62,581 nucleotides of DNA, from NCBI GenBank assembly GCA_050013355.1, contig JBEKFJ010000007.1:1-62581 (forward strand). The letters run 5' to 3'. The notes under the pieces are model-generated. The model did not search any database. It was not told the DNA's origin and was given only the letters and a program-made list of their open reading frames with translations. Positions within the stretch are counted from its first letter, which is position 1; every line of letters starts with the position of its first letter. This DNA is from Oryzomonas sp. GTDB lineage: Bacteria; Desulfobacterota; Desulfuromonadia; Geobacterales; Pseudopelobacteraceae. This document shows, piece after piece, positions 23,433 through 33,698 of the stretch. A program made the translations under genes and the position numbers.

Positions 23433-24095
23433 ATGACGGTCATCCTGTTTGGCCCTCCGGGAGCCGGCAAGGGAACCCAGGCCCAATTTATTGTTGAGCG
23501 CTGCGGCATCCCCCAGATCTCGACCGGTGACATGCTCCGCGCAGCCGTCAAGGCGCAGACACCGCTGGGGCAGGCTGCCAAGTCGATCATGGATGCCGGC
23601 GGGCTTGTCTCCGACGAGATTGTTCTCGGGCTCGTCAGGGAGAGAATATCCGAACCGGATTGCCGGGATGGTTTTGTCTTGGACGGTTTTCCACGCACCA
23701 CTCCCCAGGCTGATGCGCTTATCGCTCTCCTGGACGGTTTGGGTAAACATATAGACCACGTGATTTCGCTTGAGGTGGAGAGTGCTGAAATTATTCAGCG
23801 GCTTTCCGGTCGGCGTACCTGCCCTTCCTGCGGCAAGGGATATCACGTGGTATACGATGCACCGGCTGTTGCCGGGGTGTGCGATATGTGTGGTGCATCC
23901 CTGGTTCAGCGTGATGACGATCGCGAAGTGACGGTCAAGAACAGGTTGGATGTCTATCGCCAACAGACCTCGCCGCTTAAATTGTATTTTGAGCAGCGCG
24001 GCCTGATGCGTCGCGTTGACGGCAACGGTACGATCCAGAATATTCAAGGCCAGATCTGTTCGATATTGGAAGGCAGCACAGGTGATCATCCTTAA
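23433..24095 (+). CDS. adk: adenylate kinase (Zn-lid type)
   Basis: GPPGAGKGTQ P-loop, STGDMLR, LDGFPRT, CPSC...CDMC lid. Confidence 0.98.
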   Translation: MTVILFGPPGAGKGTQAQFIVERCGIPQISTGDMLRAAVKAQTPLGQAAKSIMDAGGLVSDEIVLGLVRERISEPDCRDGFVLDGFPRTTPQADALIALLDGLGKHIDHVISLEVESAEIIQRLSGRRTCPSCGKGYHVVYDAPAVAGVCDMCGASLVQRDDDREVTVKNRLDVYRQQTSPLKLYFEQRGLMRRVDGNGTIQNIQGQICSILEGSTGDHP

Positions 24096-24828
24096 ATCTC
24101 CGCGTGAGATTGAGAGGATGAGAGCAGCCAGCAAAATTTGCGCTGAAATACTCCTCCTGCTTCGCGAACAGGTCAAGCCGGGTGTCACAACCATGGCGCT
24201 GGAGGAGCTGGCAAATTCCGAGATCCTGAAGCGCAAAGCAAAACCGGCTTTCAAGGGGTATCACGCATACCCGAACGCTGTATGCTGCTCTCCCAATGAT
24301 CGGGTCGTGCATGGGATGCCGACCAGGGCGCCGTTGAAAGAAGGGGATATTCTCAGTCTCGATTTCGGAGTCCTGTACAACGATTTTTTTGGCGATTCAG
24401 CCCTAACCATACCGGTGGGCACGATAACGGCGGGTGCACGGGCTCTCGTTACCGCAACGGAAGAGTCGCTGTACGCAGGCATAGAGAAAGCAGTACCCGG
24501 CGGCAGATTGTGTGATATTTCCCATGCCGTCCAGTCGCATGTGGAAGCAAAAGGTTTTTCCGTGGTACGTGATTTTGTCGGACACGGCATCGGCAGAAAC
24601 CTCCATGAAGAACCGCAGGTGCCTAATTTCGGCGCCCCGGGCACCGGCGTAAGGCTTAAAGCCGGCATGGTTCTGGCGATCGAGCCGATGGTCAACGAAA
24701 TGTCATACGAGGTCAGGATACTTGAAGACGGCTGGACGGTTGTGACGTGTGACGGCGGACTCTCCGCACATTTTGAACATACGGTTGCCATAACCGACAA
24801 GGGACCTGAGATTCTGACGCGCATATAG
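24082..24828 (+). CDS. map: type I methionine aminopeptidase
   Basis: GTG 24082; GHGIG..LHEEP, AIEPM, SAHFEHT. Confidence 0.97.
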   Translation: MIILKSPREIERMRAASKICAEILLLLREQVKPGVTTMALEELANSEILKRKAKPAFKGYHAYPNAVCCSPNDRVVHGMPTRAPLKEGDILSLDFGVLYNDFFGDSALTIPVGTITAGARALVTATEESLYAGIEKAVPGGRLCDISHAVQSHVEAKGFSVVRDFVGHGIGRNLHEEPQVPNFGAPGTGVRLKAGMVLAIEPMVNEMSYEVRILEDGWTVVTCDGGLSAHFEHTVAITDKGPEILTRI

Positions 24829-24851
24829 CTAAGTACGTGAAGGGGAACACT

Positions 24852-24965
24852 ATGAAAGTACGGGCATCGGTCAAAAAGATTTGCGACAAATGCAAGATTA
24901 TCAAGCGTAAGGGTGTGGTTCGTGTGATCTGTGACATCCCTAAGCATTCTCAACGTCAGGGATGA
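24852..24965 (+). CDS. rpmJ: 50S ribosomal protein L36 (not in ORF track)
   Basis: Read by hand: [37 protein letters not shown] (37 aa, CCCH Zn ribbon). Confidence 0.97.
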   Translation: MKVRASVKKICDKCKIIKRKGVVRVICDIPKHSQRQG

Positions 24966-24987
24966 GTAATTAAAGGAGGACTTTCAA

Positions 24988-25356
24988 TTGGCACGCATTG
25001 CAGGTATTGACTTACCAAAAAACAAACGGATCGTTGTTGCTCTCACCTATATCTACGGTATCGGTAGTTCAACGGCAGAACGTATCCTTGCCTCCGCACA
25101 GATCGACACAAACACCCGCACGGACAAGCTGACTGAGGCGGAAGTCTCCCGTCTTCGCGACGAAATCGACCGGAGCTGCAAGGTCGAAGGGGACCTGCGT
25201 CGTGAGATATCCATGAGTATCAAACGACTGATGGATCTGGGGTGCTATCGAGGCCTGCGTCACAGAAAAGGCCTCCCGGTCCGTGGCCAGCGCACCAAGA
25301 CCAATGCCCGCACGCGTAAAGGCCCTGCCCGCACCGTTGCCGGCAAAAAGAAATAA
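24988..25356 (+). CDS. rpsM: 30S ribosomal protein S13
   Basis: TTG start after AAGGAGG; [26 protein letters not shown]. Confidence 0.99.
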   Translation: MARIAGIDLPKNKRIVVALTYIYGIGSSTAERILASAQIDTNTRTDKLTEAEVSRLRDEIDRSCKVEGDLRREISMSIKRLMDLGCYRGLRHRKGLPVRGQRTKTNARTRKGPARTVAGKKK

Positions 25357-25381
25357 TCCCATTTAGCTCTGGAGAATTCGA

Positions 25382-25777
25382 ATGGCTAGTCCTGCGAAGA
25401 AAGTCGTCCGCAAGAAGAAGGAACGCAAGAATATATCCAATGGTGTTGCCCATATCCAGGCGACATTCAACAATACGATCATCACGATCACCGATCCGGT
25501 CGGCAATGTGGTTGCTTGGTCAACCTCTGGCGCCAAAGGGTTTAAGGGCTCCCGCAAAAGCACGCCGTTTGCCGCCCAGATCGCCGCTGAGGACTGCGCG
25601 AAAAAGGCGCAGGAGCACGGGATGCGTACGGTGGAAGTTTATGTCAAAGGCCCCGGATCGGGCCGTGAATCTGCGCTCCGCGCCCTTCAGGCCGCAGGTT
25701 TTGCGATCAGTTTCATCAAGGATGTGACGCCGATTCCTCACAACGGTTGTCGCCCACCCAAACGTAGAAGAGTTTAA
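25382..25777 (+). CDS. rpsK: 30S ribosomal protein S11
   Basis: [27 protein letters not shown]. Confidence 0.99.
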   Translation: MASPAKKVVRKKKERKNISNGVAHIQATFNNTIITITDPVGNVVAWSTSGAKGFKGSRKSTPFAAQIAAEDCAKKAQEHGMRTVEVYVKGPGSGRESALRALQAAGFAISFIKDVTPIPHNGCRPPKRRRV

Positions 25778-25807
25778 CTCGCGTCATTCATATCAAGGAG
25801 GTTTTCA

Positions 25808-26434
25808 TTGGCTCGTTATACAGGACCTTCATGCCGTCTGTGCAGAAGGGAAAACATGGAATTGTTTCTGAAGGGGGAGCGCTGCTATACCGATAAGTGC
25901 GCCATCAAACGTCGCAATTATCCTCCGGGACAACACGGCCAAGGGCGTTCAAAGACCTCGGACTATGGCGTGCAGCTTCGTGAGAAGCAGAAAGTCCGCC
26001 GTATCTATGGCCTTCTGGAAAAGCAGTTCCGTGGCTACTTTCAGGAAGCCGACCGCATGAAAGGGGTTACCGGTGAAAACCTGCTTTTCCTCCTCGAGCG
26101 GCGTCTTGATAATGTGCTCTATCGTCTCGGATTTGCATCTTCCCGCACCGAATCGCGCCAGCTCGTGCGCCACGGTCACTTTACCATCAACGGGCGCAAG
26201 GTGAATATTCCCTCCATTCTGCTCAGGGTGGGCGACGTCATCGAACTTCGTGAAAAGAGCAGGAAAGTTGCTGCTGTCAACGATTCCCTGGAAGCGGTCG
26301 TCCGGCGCGGGATTCCCCAATGGCTTGAGCTTGAGCGCGATGCCTTCAAGGGGATTATCAAGAGCCTGCCGGTGCGTGAAGATATCACCACCCCAATCCA
26401 GGAACAGTTGATCGTTGAGCTTTACTCGAAGTAA
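25808..26434 (+). CDS. rpsD: 30S ribosomal protein S4
   Basis: TTG start; CRLC...C...C Zn motif; LERRLDNV; ends IVELYSK. Confidence 0.99.
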   Translation: MARYTGPSCRLCRRENMELFLKGERCYTDKCAIKRRNYPPGQHGQGRSKTSDYGVQLREKQKVRRIYGLLEKQFRGYFQEADRMKGVTGENLLFLLERRLDNVLYRLGFASSRTESRQLVRHGHFTINGRKVNIPSILLRVGDVIELREKSRKVAAVNDSLEAVVRRGIPQWLELERDAFKGIIKSLPVREDITTPIQEQLIVELYSK

Positions 26435-26508
26435 TTCCCGGGAGAGCTGCGTGGCGCCCTGCGCTTTCATGTCCATGACCGGACAATTATCCTCCGGAGG
26501 AGGTTGGA

Positions 26509-27531
26509 ATGTATAAAAATTGGCGAGATCTGATCAGGCCAAAACAGCTTCAAGTCGAAAAAGAAACCCTTTCAAATACATATGGCAAGTTTTACGCTGA
26601 ACCATTCGAACGGGGCTTCGGCACCACGCTTGGCAATTCCTTGCGCAGGATACTCCTGTCCTCCCTTCAGGGCGCTGCCATAACCTCGGTCCGCATCAAG
26701 GGCGTGCTCCACGAATTTTCCGCCATTCAGGGGGTTACCGAGGACGTTACCGATATCATCCTTAACCTGAAGGGCGTGCGCCTCAAGCTGCACTCCGCCG
26801 ACCAGGCACTCATCCGAATCGTACATAAGGGCGAGGGGCTCATTACCGCCGGCGATATCCTTGTCGGTCACTCGGTTGAGGTCATGAATCCCGAGCACCA
26901 TATCCTGACCTGCGGCAAAGACGCCAATCTCGAAATCGAGATGACTGTCAGGATAGGCAAGGGGTATGTTTCTGCAGATCGCAATCGCGATGAAAAGGCC
27001 CCTGTGGGCACCATCCCGATCGATGCCATCTATTCCCCTATCATGAAGGTCAATTTCAACGTATCCAATGCCCGCGTCGGCCAGATGACGGATTATGATA
27101 AGTTGACCCTCGAGGTCTGGACGGACAGCAGCGCGAACCCGGAAGATGCGGTGGCCTATGCCGCCAAGATCATGAAGGAACAACTGAATATCTTCATAAA
27201 CTTCGATGAAGAGTCAGAGCCGAGCCAAGTAGAAGAGTCGCAGGAAGAGAAGGACAAGATCAACGAGAACCTGTACCGTACGGTTGAGGAACTGGAGCTT
27301 TCGGTACGGTCGGCCAATTGCCTCAAGAACGCGGGCATCAAGCTGATCGGCGAATTGGTTTCCAAATCCGAGGCGGAAATGCTCAAGACACAGAACTTCG
27401 GCCGCAAATCCCTCAATGAGATCAAAGACATTCTCAGCGACATGGGGTTGACTTTCGGTATGAAGCTGGATGATTTCCCCGACCCGGAGATCATGCGTCG
27501 CCTGCGCGGCGAAAAGAAGGAAGAAGAGTAA
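26509..27531 (+). CDS. rpoA: RNA polymerase alpha subunit
   Basis: [40 protein letters not shown]. Confidence 0.99.
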   Translation: MYKNWRDLIRPKQLQVEKETLSNTYGKFYAEPFERGFGTTLGNSLRRILLSSLQGAAITSVRIKGVLHEFSAIQGVTEDVTDIILNLKGVRLKLHSADQALIRIVHKGEGLITAGDILVGHSVEVMNPEHHILTCGKDANLEIEMTVRIGKGYVSADRNRDEKAPVGTIPIDAIYSPIMKVNFNVSNARVGQMTDYDKLTLEVWTDSSANPEDAVAYAAKIMKEQLNIFINFDEESEPSQVEESQEEKDKINENLYRTVEELELSVRSANCLKNAGIKLIGELVSKSEAEMLKTQNFGRKSLNEIKDILSDMGLTFGMKLDDFPDPEIMRRLRGEKKEEE

Positions 27532-27654
27532 TACCGTTTCAAATCAAGGATGAAATCAAAGCGGCGAGGATTGAGGCGACGAAGGCGTACCCAGCGTACA
27601 TTGAGGGGCTGAAGACGAGCCAACAAAGAATAGCGCCTTGATTTGGAAATGGTA
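27532..27654. mobile_element. MITE-like repeat, family A copy 1 (between rpoA and rplQ)
   Basis: Terminal inverted repeats TACCGTTTCAAATCAAGG / CCTTGATTTGGAAATGGTA; closely similar inverted copy at 40177-40302. Confidence 0.8.
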
Positions 27655-27690
27655 CATGGATTAGCAAATAGTTTCAGAAAGGAATGCGTT

Positions 27691-28269
27691 ATGCGTCATA
27701 ATCATGCTGGCAGGAGACTTGGCAGGAAAACGAGTCATCGTGAAGCCATGTTCAGAAATATGGTTACCTCGCTTTTAACCCATGAAAAGATCACGACAAC
27801 CGACGCCAAGGCAAAAGAGATTCGCTCTGTTGCCGAAAAAATGATCACACTTGGCAAACGTGGTGATCTGCATGCCCAGCGGCAGGCTGCGTCATATATC
27901 CGTGAAAAGTCTGTGGTGACGAAGCTGTTTTCGACCATTGCCCCGCGTTTTAAGGACCGTCCCGGCGGCTATACGCGTATTGTCAAGCTGGGCATTCGCC
28001 AGGGGGACACCGCGCCGATCTCCTTGATTGAACTGGTGGAAGAAGAGATGAAACCTAAGAAGGCTTCCGTGAAGCCGAAGAAAAAACCTGTATCTGCTCC
28101 TAGGGTCGCAGCCGTCAAAGCCGCTGAAGTCGTTGAAGCCGTCGCAGTCACTGAAACCGTCGAAGCTGTTGAAGTCGTCGCAGCCCCTGTCGAGCCTGTG
28201 ACTGAACCGGCCGATGTTCAGACGACCATCGAAGATCCTGCGGAACCGTGCGAGGCCAAGGCCGATTAA
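27691..28269 (+). CDS. rplQ: 50S ribosomal protein L17 with long C-terminal extension
   Basis: MRH...[16 protein letters not shown]; about 70 extra Lys-rich then Ala/Val/Glu-rich residues. Confidence 0.97.
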   Translation: MRHNHAGRRLGRKTSHREAMFRNMVTSLLTHEKITTTDAKAKEIRSVAEKMITLGKRGDLHAQRQAASYIREKSVVTKLFSTIAPRFKDRPGGYTRIVKLGIRQGDTAPISLIELVEEEMKPKKASVKPKKKPVSAPRVAAVKAAEVVEAVAVTETVEAVEVVAAPVEPVTEPADVQTTIEDPAEPCEAKAD

Positions 28270-28296
28270 GCGTTTGCTGCTCCCGCACTGCATGAT

Positions 28297-28339
28297 ACGA
28301 AAGAGGCAAGGGTTCTGTTCCCTTGCCTCTTTCGTTTTT
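28297..28339 (+). terminator. intrinsic terminator ending the alpha operon
   Basis: ACGAAAGAGGCAAGGG-loop-CCCTTGCCTCTTTCGT followed by T-tract. Confidence 0.9.
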
Positions 28340-28368
28340 GAAAACCGGTGTTCCGGCTTGAAGCACCG

Positions 28369-28818
28369 TCAGGTTATCAGGTCAACCACCAGCCCCTTGA
28401 TGCCGATCACCTTTGCGGTGATGGCCATGCTGTTCCGATTGTCCTGAATGATGAGATTATACAACTTGTCCGCCTCGGCGTTGATGACCGTGATGATCTC
28501 GAACGACCGCGGATTCTGCGGCGTGCCCCCGATCTTTTCGAGACGATAGGCTTCGCTTGAGATCCTTTTGGCCAGTTGGCTCAGGAGGTCACGAAAACGC
28601 TTGAAGTTTGGCAAGGTTGGTTCCTGAGCCACTTTATCGCCCACCATCTCGATCTCGTGACGAAGGTTCTCCACCTCCTGCTCATAGGAGGCAATGTCTG
28701 TCCTGCGGTTTGTCAACTCGGCCGCGAACAGCGAGCCGGCGCCGCTTTTTACGGCAGGCGGATTTTTCCCTTGCTGTTGTCCGATCCCCGTCGTTGACAA
28801 TCCACCTTTGATACGCAT
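28369..28818 (-). CDS. YaaR/DUF327-like protein
   Basis: ATG 28818 with GGAGAGG RBS; helical protein ending IGIKGLVVDLIT, resembling the YaaR-family C-terminus. Confidence 0.7.
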   Translation of the reverse strand: MRIKGGLSTTGIGQQQGKNPPAVKSGAGSLFAAELTNRRTDIASYEQEVENLRHEIEMVGDKVAQEPTLPNFKRFRDLLSQLAKRISSEAYRLEKIGGTPQNPRSFEIITVINAEADKLYNLIIQDNRNSMAITAKVIGIKGLVVDLIT

Positions 28819-28831
28819 CCCGACCTCTCCA

Positions 28832-29037
28832 AGTTTCCGATCCGAAAAGGGTTCTTTTCCGCCCATGCGGCGTCAATCTTCGGGCTTACTTGTGACTTCG
28901 GCCGTTGGCCTCACCCTTCGGGCGCCTTCGCGGTCCAATTTAGCAAGCTAAATTGTGCGGCGTACCGATGTACGCCTCTGCGCAATCCCTTGATTTGCTT
29001 GCCTGGACGAAAAACCCTCCTTTCCAGATGGAAACTA
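28832..29037. mobile_element. MITE-like element carrying the 63-bp CACAA-flanked module (family B copy 1)
   Basis: Imperfect TIRs AGTTTCCGATCCGAAAAGGGTT / AACCCTCCTTTCCAGATGGAAACT; 28890-28981 matches the reverse complement of about 43390-43481. Confidence 0.75.
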
Positions 29038-29181
29038 ACCGTTTTTTGTCACCATACCATACTCTCCCACCCTAGGCAATTGCGGCAAAAATGCAACAAT
29101 CACGTTTGCATCGTCCAGGGCTTGTGATATGCTTGCAGCCGATGCCGATTACAGAACGAGGGGCGACAAGGAGGGGAGATC

Positions 29182-29478
29182 ATGCTGGATTTATTTGAAA
29201 AGGCGGTCATGACCGCGATTGGGGCCGTAGCCATCACCCAGAAGAAGGCCGAAGAACTGGTGGTCGAGATGAAGGAGAAATACACGCTCAGCGAAGACGA
29301 GGGGCGGAATATTGTTGAGCGCCTCCAGGAGATCGCCGGGGAAAGCAGGGTAAAGATCAGGGACATGGCGGAGGTTGAGGTCAAAAAGGTGATGGAGAGG
29401 CTGGGGCTTGTGTCCCTTGAAGAGTATGAACGGCTGGCGAAAAGGGTGCAGGAACTGGAATCGCGCCTCAATGGTTGA
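29182..29478 (+). CDS. phasin/PhaF-like small amphipathic coiled-coil protein
   Basis: IGAVAITQKKAEELV...LGLVSLEEYERLAKRVQELE pattern; strong RBS; upstream of an ABC1 kinase. Confidence 0.7.
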   Translation: MLDLFEKAVMTAIGAVAITQKKAEELVVEMKEKYTLSEDEGRNIVERLQEIAGESRVKIRDMAEVEVKKVMERLGLVSLEEYERLAKRVQELESRLNG

Positions 29479-29516
29479 ATCGCCTAGTACCTATCTTAAC
29501 CAAAAAACGGCACTTC

Positions 29517-29654
29517 TGCCACAGAGACGCTGAGACACAGAGAAAATCACAGTGTTTTTTTTAAATATTATCAGATACTTAAATGGTGAAGAAAAATTAG
29601 ACCATTGTCTAACTCTTTGAAATGTTTATCTCAGTGTCTCAGTGTCTCTGTGGC
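29517..29654. repeat. inverted octamer-repeat element (family C copy 1)
   Basis: TGCC-ACAGAGAC-GCTGAGAC-ACAGAGAA ... TCTCAGT-GTCTCAGT-GTCTCTGT-GGCA flanking an AT-rich core. Confidence 0.8.
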
Positions 29655-29715
29655 AAATACTTTATCCCGACTCCGGCATGGCGGGATCGACACGTCCACC
29701 CGGTGAGAAGAGCCG

Positions 29716-31401
29716 ATGTTCTCTTTTTTTAAAATAAACAGGAATATACGCAGTATCCGCCGGTACTGGAATATCGTCCGCGTCCTGAGCGCCTATGGAT
29801 TCGACCACGCCCTGGAGGCCTTGGGATTGAATGATATTGCCGCCCGGGGTAGGCGGCTCCTGCGCCACAGTTCCGTCGATATCGCCCGCCTCACGGCTGC
29901 CGAGCGGATGCGGCTGGTTCTGGAGGAGTTGGGGCCGACGTTCGTAAAGCTGGGACAAATCCTCTCCACGAGGCCCGACATCATTCCAGCCTCCTTTGTG
30001 CAGGAGTTCGAAAAGCTGCAGGACCGCGTTCCGAGTTTCTCGTTTACCGAACTCACGGCCCAGGTGGAACGGGAACTGAAGGGCCCGATAACGGACTTCT
30101 TTGCCGAGATCGATCCTGAACCTCTGGCTGCGGCGTCCATTGCCCAGGTACACCGCGCCCGCCTGATGACGGGTGAGCAGGTGGTGATCAAGGTCCGCCG
30201 CCCCGGCGTGGTAGAATTGGTCGAGGCGGATATCGGCGCCCTGATGTCGCTGGCCCAGTTGGCCGAGCGCCATGTCTCCGGCAGTGAGATCTACGATCCG
30301 GTTGGCGTGGTACGCGAATTCGCCCGTACGATCCGCCGGGAGATGGACTTTACCCGCGAAGGGCATACCATTGAGAAATTTCGCGATAATTTCGCCCAGA
30401 CCAAGTGGATGTATTTTCCGTGTGTTTATTGGCCGCAAAGCGCCCGGGGCGTGTTGACCCTTGAGTACGTTGATGGGATCAAGGTCTCGGATCTCGGCAG
30501 GCTTGAGCGGGGCGGACTCGACCGGAAGGTAATCGCGCAGCGGGGGGCCGACGCCTTTCTGGAGATGGTGCTCAAACACGGCTTCTTTCATGGAGACACC
30601 CATCCCGGCAACGTGATGATCCTGCCGGACAACATTATCTGCCTATTGGACTACGGCATTGTGGGCAGGCTGGACGAAGAACTCAGGACCTTTCTGAGCG
30701 ATATCCTGCTGGCGATCGTCAACCGGGATATGGATCAGGTCATCTCGCTTTTGCTCTTTGCCGGCGATATCTCCGACAACCTGGACGTGCGTGCCCTGAA
30801 ACGGGACCTGTCAAACTTCATCGACAGCTACTACGAAATCCCCCTCAAAGAGATCGAGGTGGGGCGGATGCTGCTGGAGTTTATCGAGATCATCACCCTG
30901 TACAGCATCCGCATCCAGCCAGACCTGATGCTCCTGGCAAAGTCATTGGTCATCATCGAGGGAATGGGCCGCTCCCTCGATCCCGCCTTCAACATGGTGG
31001 AACACCTGCGCCCCTTCATGGAGAAGGCCATCCGCCAGCGCATGTCTCCCCGGCGCATCACGCGCGATATCAGCGGGGTGGTGGAGTCATATCTCAAACT
31101 GGCCCGCAATCTCCCGCGGGACCTCAAGGAGATCATCAACCGCGTCAATCGCAACAAGTTCAAGATCGACCTGGAACACCGGGGGCTGGACAAGTTCACC
31201 GCCGATTTCGACCGTTCCATCAATCGCCTCTCCTCCAGTCTTATCCTGGCGGCCCTGATCATCGGGTCGTCGATCATCATGCAGATCGAGAGGGGCCCGC
31301 AACTGTTCGGTTTGCCCGTACTGGCATTTCTGGGGTATACCGCTGCCGGATTGATCGGGCTCTGGTGGGTCTACGGCATCATCCGTTCGGGAAGATTGTA
31401 G
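29716..31401 (+). CDS. AarF/ABC1/UbiB-family atypical kinase
   Basis: LGPTFVKLGQ, AAASIAQVH, VIKV, FFHGDTHPGN, LDYG; two C-terminal TM helices. Confidence 0.92.
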   Translation: MFSFFKINRNIRSIRRYWNIVRVLSAYGFDHALEALGLNDIAARGRRLLRHSSVDIARLTAAERMRLVLEELGPTFVKLGQILSTRPDIIPASFVQEFEKLQDRVPSFSFTELTAQVERELKGPITDFFAEIDPEPLAAASIAQVHRARLMTGEQVVIKVRRPGVVELVEADIGALMSLAQLAERHVSGSEIYDPVGVVREFARTIRREMDFTREGHTIEKFRDNFAQTKWMYFPCVYWPQSARGVLTLEYVDGIKVSDLGRLERGGLDRKVIAQRGADAFLEMVLKHGFFHGDTHPGNVMILPDNIICLLDYGIVGRLDEELRTFLSDILLAIVNRDMDQVISLLLFAGDISDNLDVRALKRDLSNFIDSYYEIPLKEIEVGRMLLEFIEIITLYSIRIQPDLMLLAKSLVIIEGMGRSLDPAFNMVEHLRPFMEKAIRQRMSPRRITRDISGVVESYLKLARNLPRDLKEIINRVNRNKFKIDLEHRGLDKFTADFDRSINRLSSSLILAALIIGSSIIMQIERGPQLFGLPVLAFLGYTAAGLIGLWWVYGIIRSGRL

Positions 31402-31437
31402 GCGGCGGTGCGCCCATACAGGTGGAAACGCTCATAA

Positions 31438-33654
31438 ATGGAACGGAAACTGACAACCTACGAACGGAAAAAACGGATACGCGAGGCGGTCATCATCGTC
31501 TTGGCGGTCATCCTGATCATGTTGCTGACCAGGGCGGAGATGCACCTGACCCAATTGAGCGCCGATGCACCGATGGGAAGCAACATTGCCATCTTCGGCG
31601 TCATAAACATCGTCGTCATGCTGGTGATACTGCTGGTGTATCTCGTCTGCCGCAATGTGGTGAAACTCTTTGTTGAGAGCCGCACCAATCCGTTTGCCAC
31701 GCGGTTGCGCACCAAGCTGGTGCTCTCGTTCGTCGGATTGTCCCTGGTTCCCACCATGCTCCTCTTCTTTGCAGCCGCCGGGTTCATCAATAATACCATT
31801 CACAACTGGTTCAATACCCAGGTGGAAACATCGCTCAGCGAATCACTGGAAGTCGCCCAGACCTACTACAAGAATTCAGCCTCCAACTCACTGTATTACG
31901 GACGCCAGATCAGCAGTTTCATCAAGTCCCAGAAGCTCTTGAACGAGGCCAATCTGCCGAAGCTCAAGGAACTTATCCGCCAAAAACAGAAGGAATACAA
32001 CCTGGGGGTGGTGGAGGTCTATTCGGCCCAGCATGAAGAACTGGTCCGATCCTCCAATCCGGATGTCCCCCAAAGCGAGTTTACCAATCCCGCTTCCGAT
32101 GATATAAAGCGCGGCCTTGTCGGGGAGGAGTTGACCCGCATCAACCAGGCCGGCAAGGCCGACCTGATCCGGGGCATCGTACCGGTCTACTCCACCTGGA
32201 ACCAGGTTGACGTGGTCGGCGTGGTGGTTGTCAATTATTACGTCCCGTATTCGCTGGTCAACAAGATGAAGGAGATCAGCGATTCCTATCACGAGTTCCG
32301 CCAGCTCAAGATCATGAGAAATCCGATCCGGACCGGCTATATCGCCACCCTGTTCCTGATTACCGCGGTCATCGTGTTTTTTGCCTACTGGATGGGCGTC
32401 TATCTGGCCAACAGCATGACCAAGCCGGTGCAGGACCTGGTGGATGCCACGCGCGCCGTGGCTGACGGCAATCTCGATATCCGGATCGAGTCCTACTCGG
32501 CCGATGAGATCGGCATGCTCATCCAGTCGTTCAACCGTATGACCGAGGATCTGCACAACAAGCAGCAGGCGATCAACGCCTCGAACGAGGAATTGTCCCG
32601 CATCAACCAGGAGATCGAACAGCGGCGACAGTACATGGAGATCGTGCTGCGCAACGTGGCTGCCGGCGTCATATCGGTCGATAGGGACGGCGTGGTGACC
32701 ACGGTCAACAAGTCTGCCGAACGCCTTCTGAAGATCAACCCCGGCAAGGTGCTGGGGCTGAATTTCCGCGACGTGCTGCGCGAGAAACATCTGGAGATCG
32801 TCAAGGAGGTGGTGCGCGATCTGGCGCTTTCCCAGCAGGATACCATCAGCCGGCAGATCTTTTTGGACATCCAGGGCGCTCGCCTGGCGCTGCATCTTCA
32901 CCTTACCATGCTGCGCGATGAGCAGGGGGATATCCTGGGGACGGTGCTGGTGCTGGACGACATGACCCAGATGATGAAGGCCCAGCGCATGGCGGCCTGG
33001 CGCGAGGTTGCCCGGCGCATCGCCCACGAGATCAAGAATCCGCTCACGCCGATCCAGCTTTCGGCCCAGCGTTTGCGGAAACGCTACCTGTCCCGCTTCA
33101 GTGGGGATGAGGCGGTCTTTGACGAATGCACCGAGATGATCATCAAATCAGTGGATGAGTTGAAAAACCTGGTGAACGAGTTTTCCAATTTCGCCCGCAT
33201 GCCGGCGATCCAGCCGGAGCCCAACGACCTCAATGCCCTGATCCGCGAGACCCTGACGCTCTACCAGGAAGCTCATCGCGGGGTGGCATTCCTGTTCCAG
33301 CCCGACGAACACCTTCCCCAGATCAAGATCGACCGTGACCAGATCAAGCGGGTGGTCATCAACCTCCTGGAGAATGCCGTGGCGGCCATGGAGGAACAGG
33401 GTGAGGTCACGATCAGCAGCAGGTATGATGCCGAGCTGAAGATGGCGTCCTTCGCCGTTGCCGACAATGGCCCCGGCATCACGCCCGAGGACAAGCCCCG
33501 CCTGTTCGAACCGTATTTTTCTACAAAAAAGGCGGGAACCGGCCTTGGGTTGGCCATTGTCAGCAGTGTTGTCACCGACCACAGCGGTTTCGTGCGGGTC
33601 AAGGACAACAAGCCACGGGGCGCCTGCTTTGTCGTGGAGCTGCCCGCGGCATAG
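31438..33654 (+). CDS. NtrY-like HAMP/PAS sensor histidine kinase
   Basis: N-terminal TM segments, HAMP and PAS domains; AWREVARRIAHEIKNPLTPIQLSAQRL H-box; DNGPG and GTGLGL ATPase motifs. Confidence 0.9.
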   Translation: MERKLTTYERKKRIREAVIIVLAVILIMLLTRAEMHLTQLSADAPMGSNIAIFGVINIVVMLVILLVYLVCRNVVKLFVESRTNPFATRLRTKLVLSFVGLSLVPTMLLFFAAAGFINNTIHNWFNTQVETSLSESLEVAQTYYKNSASNSLYYGRQISSFIKSQKLLNEANLPKLKELIRQKQKEYNLGVVEVYSAQHEELVRSSNPDVPQSEFTNPASDDIKRGLVGEELTRINQAGKADLIRGIVPVYSTWNQVDVVGVVVVNYYVPYSLVNKMKEISDSYHEFRQLKIMRNPIRTGYIATLFLITAVIVFFAYWMGVYLANSMTKPVQDLVDATRAVADGNLDIRIESYSADEIGMLIQSFNRMTEDLHNKQQAINASNEELSRINQEIEQRRQYMEIVLRNVAAGVISVDRDGVVTTVNKSAERLLKINPGKVLGLNFRDVLREKHLEIVKEVVRDLALSQQDTISRQIFLDIQGARLALHLHLTMLRDEQGDILGTVLVLDDMTQMMKAQRMAAWREVARRIAHEIKNPLTPIQLSAQRLRKRYLSRFSGDEAVFDECTEMIIKSVDELKNLVNEFSNFARMPAIQPEPNDLNALIRETLTLYQEAHRGVAFLFQPDEHLPQIKIDRDQIKRVVINLLENAVAAMEEQGEVTISSRYDAELKMASFAVADNGPGITPEDKPRLFEPYFSTKKAGTGLGLAIVSSVVTDHSGFVRVKDNKPRGACFVVELPAA

Positions 33655-33698
33655 AAGTCCGGCAACTCGCGGGCAAAGAAATTTATGAGGAGTAGCGC

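Noticed and set aside
24829-24851. Absence of infA between map and rpmJ
   Set aside because: infA is located elsewhere in many proteobacteria; not unusual
18478-26434. Zn-binding forms of L24, S14, L36, S4 and Adk
   Set aside because: Common in anaerobic deltaproteobacteria; not novel
27643-27690. N-terminal extensions of rplQ (27643) and the YaaR-like gene (28866) in the ORF track
   Set aside because: Both upstream starts fall inside repeat elements; the downstream ATGs have proper SD sequences
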